Part shown: in pieces, positions 59,201-64,000 of the stretch
Layout of the letters: the number at the start of each line of letters is the position of its first letter
How positions within the stretch are numbered: the stretch's first letter is position 1
Origin: Chitinophagales bacterium
GTDB lineage: Bacteria; Bacteroidota; Bacteroidia; Chitinophagales; Chitinophagaceae
DNA: 64,000 nt
Assembly (NCBI GenBank): GCA_038204855.1
Contig: JBBRCM010000003.1
Coordinates: forward strand, 620 to 64,619
Direction of reading: 5' to 3'
The notes under the pieces: generated by a model
Seen by the model: only the letters and a program-made list of their open reading frames with translations
What the model was told of the DNA's origin: nothing
Databases searched by the model: none
Position numbers and translations under genes: made by a program

Positions 59201-60274
59201 TTAATTTTTAGCAACCGTAGTTTTTTGTTTCGCCGTTTCTTCTCTTTTCTTTTGTTCTTCCACAATGGGTTTAAAGGGTCCGTACTTGTGTTGCTTTTCA
59301 GCAAATGAATCTATGTAAGGTCCAAAAGGATGATCAACCGGTTTCTTTGTTATATCGGGCCAGTCTTTGGGTGTATTGATATGTGGCCTTTGTTGTGAGA
59401 TGACAAATGCAGCAATATCCCAAGCTTCTTCATCGGTCAGTTGCGGGCTTTGATAGTTTGTGCCCTGGGGCATATTGTACTTTACATATTTTGCAAAGTT
59501 GCTGATGCGGTACAAGCCGGCGCCATCATTAAAACTGTTTTTGCCCCATAAGGCAGGATATGTGTATTCCGTTTTATCTGATGTAAAAACTCCCTCCCCA
59601 TTTGCCTGGTGACAGCTTTGGCATTTTGTGGTATAAACGGTCATACCTTTTTCGGGGTCAGAGGCACGGTCGAGCCAGGCAAGGTCTTTAAATCCTGAGC
59701 CTGCCGCTTTTTTACCTTTTGCCACATTCGATCCTACAAAATTGATGTAGGTTGCAATGGCCTGCATTTCTTTTCCCAATGTATCAATTACCTTTCCGTT
59801 CAAGCTTCTTTCAAAACAATCATTTACTCTTTTATAAATATTTTCAATACTTCCACTTCTTGCCCTGAATTTTGGATAGAGTGATGCAACCGAACCATAA
59901 TTATTTCCGAAAATCATTGTGCCTGCCTGCAGATGACAATTCTGGCAATTCATGCCATTGGCTATTTTTAATACCGTTCCGTTGGGGCCCAGGTATTTGG
60001 CCGTGTGTGCAATTAATTCTTTACCATACTCAACCGCTGCTTTTTGTTTTGCATCTGTAATAGTATTGATATCGGGTGCCGCCCAATATTTTGTTGTATC
60101 AGTTTTTATAATCTCGGTTGAAGTTGCACTATTTTGTTTTTCGGATTGATTTTGATAAGATAATATAAATGGCATGGCAACAATGCCGATCACCAATACT
60201 ACTATTACAAACAGTAATTTATTTATAATGGAAATCAGTCCCTCTGATTTTTTGTCTTCCTGTTCGTTGTGCAT
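59201..60274 (-). CDS. tsdA: TsdA-like diheme cytochrome c (thiosulfate dehydrogenase)
   Basis: CQNCH and CQSCH; YPKFRAR; RVNDCFERSLNG (active-site Cys); SFNDGAG; NMP; N-terminal TM. Confidence 0.78.
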   Translation of the reverse strand: MHNEQEDKKSEGLISIINKLLFVIVVLVIGIVAMPFILSYQNQSEKQNSATSTEIIKTDTTKYWAAPDINTITDAKQKAAVEYGKELIAHTAKYLGPNGTVLKIANGMNCQNCHLQAGTMIFGNNYGSVASLYPKFRARSGSIENIYKRVNDCFERSLNGKVIDTLGKEMQAIATYINFVGSNVAKGKKAAGSGFKDLAWLDRASDPEKGMTVYTTKCQSCHQANGEGVFTSDKTEYTYPALWGKNSFNDGAGLYRISNFAKYVKYNMPQGTNYQSPQLTDEEAWDIAAFVISQQRPHINTPKDWPDITKKPVDHPFGPYIDSFAEKQHKYGPFKPIVEEQKKREETAKQKTTVAKN

Positions 60275-60291
60275 AAGCAATCAATTTAAAA

Positions 60292-60789
60292 CTAGTGCGG
60301 AAGTTTCTCTCTAACAAAACCATATACCCAGGTGCCTGCAAGTGCACTCACTAAAGTTATCACTATTACATAAGCACCCGAACCTATTTGGGCATATAAA
60401 GGCCCCGGGCAGGCCCCGGTAATTGCCCAGCCAAGGCCAAATAGCAACCCTCCATAAATCTGTCCTTTATTAAAAGACCGTGGATGAAATGTTATGGTTT
60501 CACCATAAATGGTTTTTACATTTAATTTTTTAATTAGCCACACAGAAATAATACCCACTACAACCGCACTGCCAATTACGCCATACATATGAAAGGATTG
60601 CAGGCGGAACATTTCCTGTATCCGGAACCAGCTTATGATCTCTGCCTTTACAAAAACAATTCCGAAAGCCAGGCCTACAATCATGTACTTGATATTATGA
60701 TACCACTTATGTGTTAACCTGCTTTCGTTTACACACATGGCATCTAATGAACGTGCTTCAAAATCTGTATTTGTATCTGTGTTATGCAT
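60292..60789 (-). CDS. YeeE/YedE family sulfur transporter subunit
   Basis: SWFRIQEMF, GGLLFGLGWAITGACPGP. Confidence 0.88.
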   Translation of the reverse strand: MHNTDTNTDFEARSLDAMCVNESRLTHKWYHNIKYMIVGLAFGIVFVKAEIISWFRIQEMFRLQSFHMYGVIGSAVVVGIISVWLIKKLNVKTIYGETITFHPRSFNKGQIYGGLLFGLGWAITGACPGPLYAQIGSGAYVIVITLVSALAGTWVYGFVREKLPH

Positions 60790-60798
60790 ATTGTTTTT

Positions 60799-61368
60799 TT
60801 AAAGAGAAAGAATATATGGAAGAATGAGGTTTGACATGATAAAACCACCAGCCATAAAACAAGCTGTTGCCACCAGTGATGGCCATTGCAATGTTGATAA
60901 GCCCATGATGGAATGACCGCTGGTACAGCCGCCTGCATAGCGGGTTCCAAAGCCTACCATAAAGCCGCCAAGCACCATCATGATTAGCCCTTTAACAGTT
61001 AAAAGGCTTTGCCAGTTAAATAATTGATTGGGTACCATTCCGGAATAATCAGTTATGCCATATCCTGCCAGGTCGTCGGCCAGTTTGGGGCTGATTTGAA
61101 CAGGTGACGGGTTTGCCAAAAAATTGGCAGCAATAACGCCCCCAACAAAAATGCCCAGCACAAAAAAAAGATTCCATATTTCTTTTTTCCAGTCGTACTT
61201 AAAAAAAGGAATATTTGCAGGCAAACATGCCGCACAAATATGGCGCAGCGATGAACTGATACCAAAAGATTTATTGCCAATGATAAGTAAGGCAGGCACA
61301 GTTAATCCAATTAACGGCCCTGCAACATACCATGGCCAGGGTTGTTTAATAAACTCAACTATACTCAT
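60799..61368 (-). CDS. YeeE/YedE family sulfur transporter subunit
   Basis: PWPWYVAG, FGISS, GFGTRYAGGCTSGH. Confidence 0.9.
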   Translation of the reverse strand: MSIVEFIKQPWPWYVAGPLIGLTVPALLIIGNKSFGISSSLRHICAACLPANIPFFKYDWKKEIWNLFFVLGIFVGGVIAANFLANPSPVQISPKLADDLAGYGITDYSGMVPNQLFNWQSLLTVKGLIMMVLGGFMVGFGTRYAGGCTSGHSIMGLSTLQWPSLVATACFMAGGFIMSNLILPYILSL

Positions 61369-61438
61369 ACATTTTTTATTGGTTAAAAGAAAAGGTTGCC
61401 AACTTTTTCAAAGCCGGCAACCCTTTAAATTTACGAAT

Positions 61439-61750
61439 TTATTTTACAAACTGATTAACATTATTCCACGTACCTCCATTTATCACATTGGTAAAACCAT
61501 TTTGCTGTAAAATGCTTTTTGCCTGTCCGCTTCGGGCACCGCTGCGGCAAAATACTATAATATTTTTTTTGTTTTTGAATTTAACAAGTTGGTTTGAAAT
61601 ACTGTCTAAAGGAATATTTACAGATCCTTTTACATGGCCCGAACCAAACTCGCCGGCTGTTCTTACATCTACTAAAAAAGCGCCTTCATCAATAACTGTT
61701 TTTAAATCAACCGCAGGTGTGCTGCTGAATAACCTCTGCAATAAGTTCAT
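61439..61750 (-). CDS. rhodanese domain protein
   Basis: VDVRTAGEF..GH, CRSGARS. Confidence 0.9.
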   Translation of the reverse strand: MNLLQRLFSSTPAVDLKTVIDEGAFLVDVRTAGEFGSGHVKGSVNIPLDSISNQLVKFKNKKNIIVFCRSGARSGQAKSILQQNGFTNVINGGTWNNVNQFVK

Positions 61751-61761
61751 CTTTTGTTTTT

Positions 61762-62058
61762 TTAAGTTGTGAATTTTTTTATAACGCTTACTAATCCTGC
61801 CTTGGGCACAACCCCGCTTTGTCGCCAAAGTGGTTTCCCATTTTTAAAAAGTATTAGTGTAGGCACTCCCTGCACCTGGTATTCCTGTGCGGCCTTCGGG
61901 CTTTTGTCCACATCAACCTTAATAATGGTTACAGCATCGCCAACTTCCTTTTTTACATCTTTAAGTATGGGTGCCATCATTTTGCAGGGGCCACACCACT
62001 CTGCAAAAAAATCTACCAGTACCGGTTTCTCTGTATTTATAATTTCGCTAAACGTCAT
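61762..62058 (-). CDS. trxA: thioredoxin
   Basis: WCGPC and VPT motifs. Confidence 0.92.
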   Translation of the reverse strand: MTFSEIINTEKPVLVDFFAEWCGPCKMMAPILKDVKKEVGDAVTIIKVDVDKSPKAAQEYQVQGVPTLILFKNGKPLWRQSGVVPKAGLVSVIKKFTT

Positions 62059-62281
62059 GATTATTTTCTCCTTCTTTAATAACTTCTTTTTTTTCTTTTT
62101 TAAACAAGCCAAATAATAACGAACCCATAACAGCACCGTAAACAGTACTGTTAACCGGTTTAGATGTGATCATACAAGTACCTGATGAGCACCCTACCTG
62201 TTGCCAATAAATATAGCCTGCAATAGACCCAACAACAGCCCCAATCAGATACAAGGCATTATTTTTAAACCACTTCTTCAT
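62048..62281 (-). CDS. DUF6132-like small membrane protein
   Basis: GYIYWQQVGCSSGTCMITSKP. Confidence 0.75.
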   Translation of the reverse strand: MKKWFKNNALYLIGAVVGSIAGYIYWQQVGCSSGTCMITSKPVNSTVYGAVMGSLLFGLFKKEKKEVIKEGENNHDV

Positions 62282-62501
62282 AAATAATTTCTTTTGCTTT
62301 ATCCTGGTTTTTATCAGGTGGTACGTAACATCCCTGCGTACCACAACAGCCAATATTAAAAACAGGCATCGCAGTAAATATTAAGCCAAAAATGGCAAAT
62401 AAAATATCCATGGCAATAATTGCCTGAACCAGTATGGCAATCCCCACACCCAACCTCAGTAACCTTATAAATGTCCAGTTTGATAATATAGTTTGTTTCA
62501 T
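62265..62501 (-). CDS. small membrane protein with GCCG motif
   Basis: NWTFIRLLRL, 2 TM, NIGCCGTQGC. Confidence 0.72.
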   Translation of the reverse strand: MKQTILSNWTFIRLLRLGVGIAILVQAIIAMDILFAIFGLIFTAMPVFNIGCCGTQGCYVPPDKNQDKAKEIIYEEVV

Positions 62502-62549
62502 GATCTTCTTTTTCTAATGCAAATTTAAGTTAACCAGATTCCTCTTTGA

Positions 62550-62563
62550 GTAACAAAGGTTAC
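62550..62563. promoter_or_regulatory. Crp/Fnr-type box GTAAC-N4-GTTAC
   Basis: Perfect dyad; 22-nt gap from -7 element TAAATTTG (62520-62527, minus strand). Confidence 0.65.
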
Positions 62564-62587
62564 ATCCAAACCAAGCGCATATGGTTT

Positions 62588-63043
62588 TTAGGTAGAAAGT
62601 ACTGCCTCTGCTATTTTCACAACCGGCTTAAAAATAATGGTTGCTTTAACTGAATTTGAGATCAGGCAGGCAGCATCTGATTTTTCTAATATTCGGATAG
62701 CTTTTTCTTTATCAGCATCCGGGGCAATGGTTAATACAGGAGATAACACAACTTCGGTGATCATATATTTTCCTTCAACTTTTTCAAGCTTGCCATCGGC
62801 ATTGCTTTCAAAATGTATAAAATCAAATTTGAAATTTTCGGCAATGGCTAAAAAGGTTGTCATCAGGCAACTATTTACAGCAGCCACCAGCAAATGCTCC
62901 GGCGACCAGATGCCCGGCATGCCTTTGGCAAACTCAGGCGGCGTTGCCACTTCTATTGCTTCCTTTAAAACCGGCGAACTTATGATTCCTTTCCGGTCGG
63001 ATTGCCAGTTTACTTTTACTTCGTAACGATGAACGTTTTCCAT
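62588..63043 (-). CDS. OsmC family protein
   Basis: ATPPEF, WSPEHLLVAAVNSCL, CLISNS. Confidence 0.88.
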   Translation of the reverse strand: MENVHRYEVKVNWQSDRKGIISSPVLKEAIEVATPPEFAKGMPGIWSPEHLLVAAVNSCLMTTFLAIAENFKFDFIHFESNADGKLEKVEGKYMITEVVLSPVLTIAPDADKEKAIRILEKSDAACLISNSVKATIIFKPVVKIAEAVLST

Positions 63044-63088
63044 GATTTTTTTTGTTTAAAATATGGCAAAAAAAATTTCCGGCTATTA

Positions 63089-63298
63089 CTAATTCTTTTT
63101 TGCCGGGCAGGTGTTTAAGCCTATTAAAGTGTAAAGCGGACAAAAACTAATCAGGCTGGTTACCAGAAATATGCCGCCTAATACCAGCAACACAATACCA
63201 AATACTCCTGATACGGTATTGGTAAAGTAAAGCACTGCAAATAAAATAGCTAAAAATGTTCGGATTACGCGGTCTGTAGTTCCCATATTCTTTTTCAT
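63089..63298 (-). CDS. DUF2892 (YgaP-like) membrane protein
   Basis: NMGTTDRVIR, FCPLY. Confidence 0.88.
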   Translation of the reverse strand: MKKNMGTTDRVIRTFLAILFAVLYFTNTVSGVFGIVLLVLGGIFLVTSLISFCPLYTLIGLNTCPAKKN

Positions 63299-63386
63299 AT
63301 AAATAGTTTTTAGTTAAATGATATTATGGTAAATAATTTTTCGAATGAATACATAACAAAAGTAAAACCAACTGCTCCAGCGTATG

Positions 63387-63400
63387 GTGACTTATGTTAC
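63387..63400. promoter_or_regulatory. Crp/Fnr-type box GTGAC-N4-GTTAC
   Basis: Same 22-nt gap from -7 element TACTTTTG (63357-63364, minus strand). Confidence 0.62.
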
Positions 63401-63433
63401 TTTAAATGAGGCTTATTTATGATTGTTGTCATA

Positions 63434-63467
63434 AAACAAAAAGCAGCCCCGGGCTGCTTTTTGTTTA
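63434..63467 (-). terminator. intrinsic terminator
   Basis: AAACAAAAAGCAGCCC/GGGCTGCTTTTTGTTT. Confidence 0.75.
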
Positions 63468-63488
63468 TGGGGTTTTTCCAAATTAATA

Positions 63489-63998
63489 TTATACGGGCAT
63501 TGTTTTGCTCTGGCAAACAAAATCTGTTTTTGAAATATCTGTTTTATTGATAGCTGCAAAACCGCCTTCCACTTCGGTAAAATTCCGATATCCCCGTGCC
63601 TGCAAAATAGAAGCTGCTATCATACTGCGATAGCCGCCGGCACAATGAACATAAAAGTGTTCTTCGGGATTTATATCCTTTACCCATTCATTAATAAAAG
63701 CCAGCGGTCTGTTATATGCTTCATCAACGTGCGCTGCGGCATACTCTGTGTCTTTACGAATATCAATTACTTTATCTTCTCCAATTTTCAGTTCTTTTGA
63801 AAACTGATCTGCTGTAATCCTGTCCACCACATCAGCTTCTTTACCGGCTTGCAGCCAGGCAGTAAAGCTTCCCTGCAAATGACCGATTACATTATCAAAA
63901 CCAACACGGCTTAAACGGGTTACCGATTCTTCTTCTTTACCCAAATCGGCTACCAGTAAAATCGGTTGCTTTACATCAACAATCAATGCGCCAACCCA
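63489..63998 (-). CDS. C-terminal rhodanese part of a probable MBL-fold persulfide dioxygenase-rhodanese fusion (5'-truncated)
   Basis: Frame open to the window edge (WVGALIVD...); RLSRVGFD, HCAGGYRS; the MBL domain is inferred, not visible. Confidence 0.72.
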   Translation of the reverse strand, partial: WVGALIVDVKQPILLVADLGKEEESVTRLSRVGFDNVIGHLQGSFTAWLQAGKEADVVDRITADQFSKELKIGEDKVIDIRKDTEYAAAHVDEAYNRPLAFINEWVKDINPEEHFYVHCAGGYRSMIAASILQARGYRNFTEVEGGFAAINKTDISKTDFVCQSKTMPV

Positions 63999-64000
63999 GG

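Noticed and set aside
59201-60274. SoxA assignment
   Set aside because: Motifs (RVNDCFERSLNG, SFNDGAG, NMP) fit TsdA better and no soxX is adjacent

Overview
AT-rich chromosomal segment of a Bacteroidota bacterium, probably Chitinophagaceae-like. The lineage call rests on gldH, a T9SS cargo, a PorG-like barrel and TAnnTTTG -7 promoters. It carries mostly core genes: yidD-rnpA-rpmH, murI-skp-skp-bamA-uppS, porG-like-gldH-yicC, an lpxD paralog, pheS, serC, a FadD-type ligase and a TetR-TolC-MFP-RND efflux operon. Accessory modules are interspersed: (1) a 5'-truncated ORF with a 12-Cys, PLA2-motif-like C-terminus plus a small membrane partner; (2) a T9SS cargo inserted between porG-like and uppS; (3) a TIR-2TM gene plus a membrane coiled-coil partner; (4) an ars operon led by an extra methyltransferase and lacking an efflux pump; (5) a multi-PAS kinase split by one in-frame amber codon; (6) a PIN toxin-antitoxin pair; (7) a CHASE/PAS two-component system; (8) a sulfur cluster (rhodanese/PDO-like, YeeE/YedE pair, TsdA, SoxB-like, Crp/Fnr) with two identically placed Crp-type boxes. 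Non-coding signals include a 110-149 nt structured element in two diverged copies (7558-7667, 27068-27216) showing covariation and minus-strand G.U bias, GC-rich REP-like palindromes, heptamer tandem repeats, and an intergenic region with two DnaA boxes (oriC candidate). No rRNA, tRNA, CRISPR array or transposase was seen. All calls come from manual motif reading; no database searches were run.
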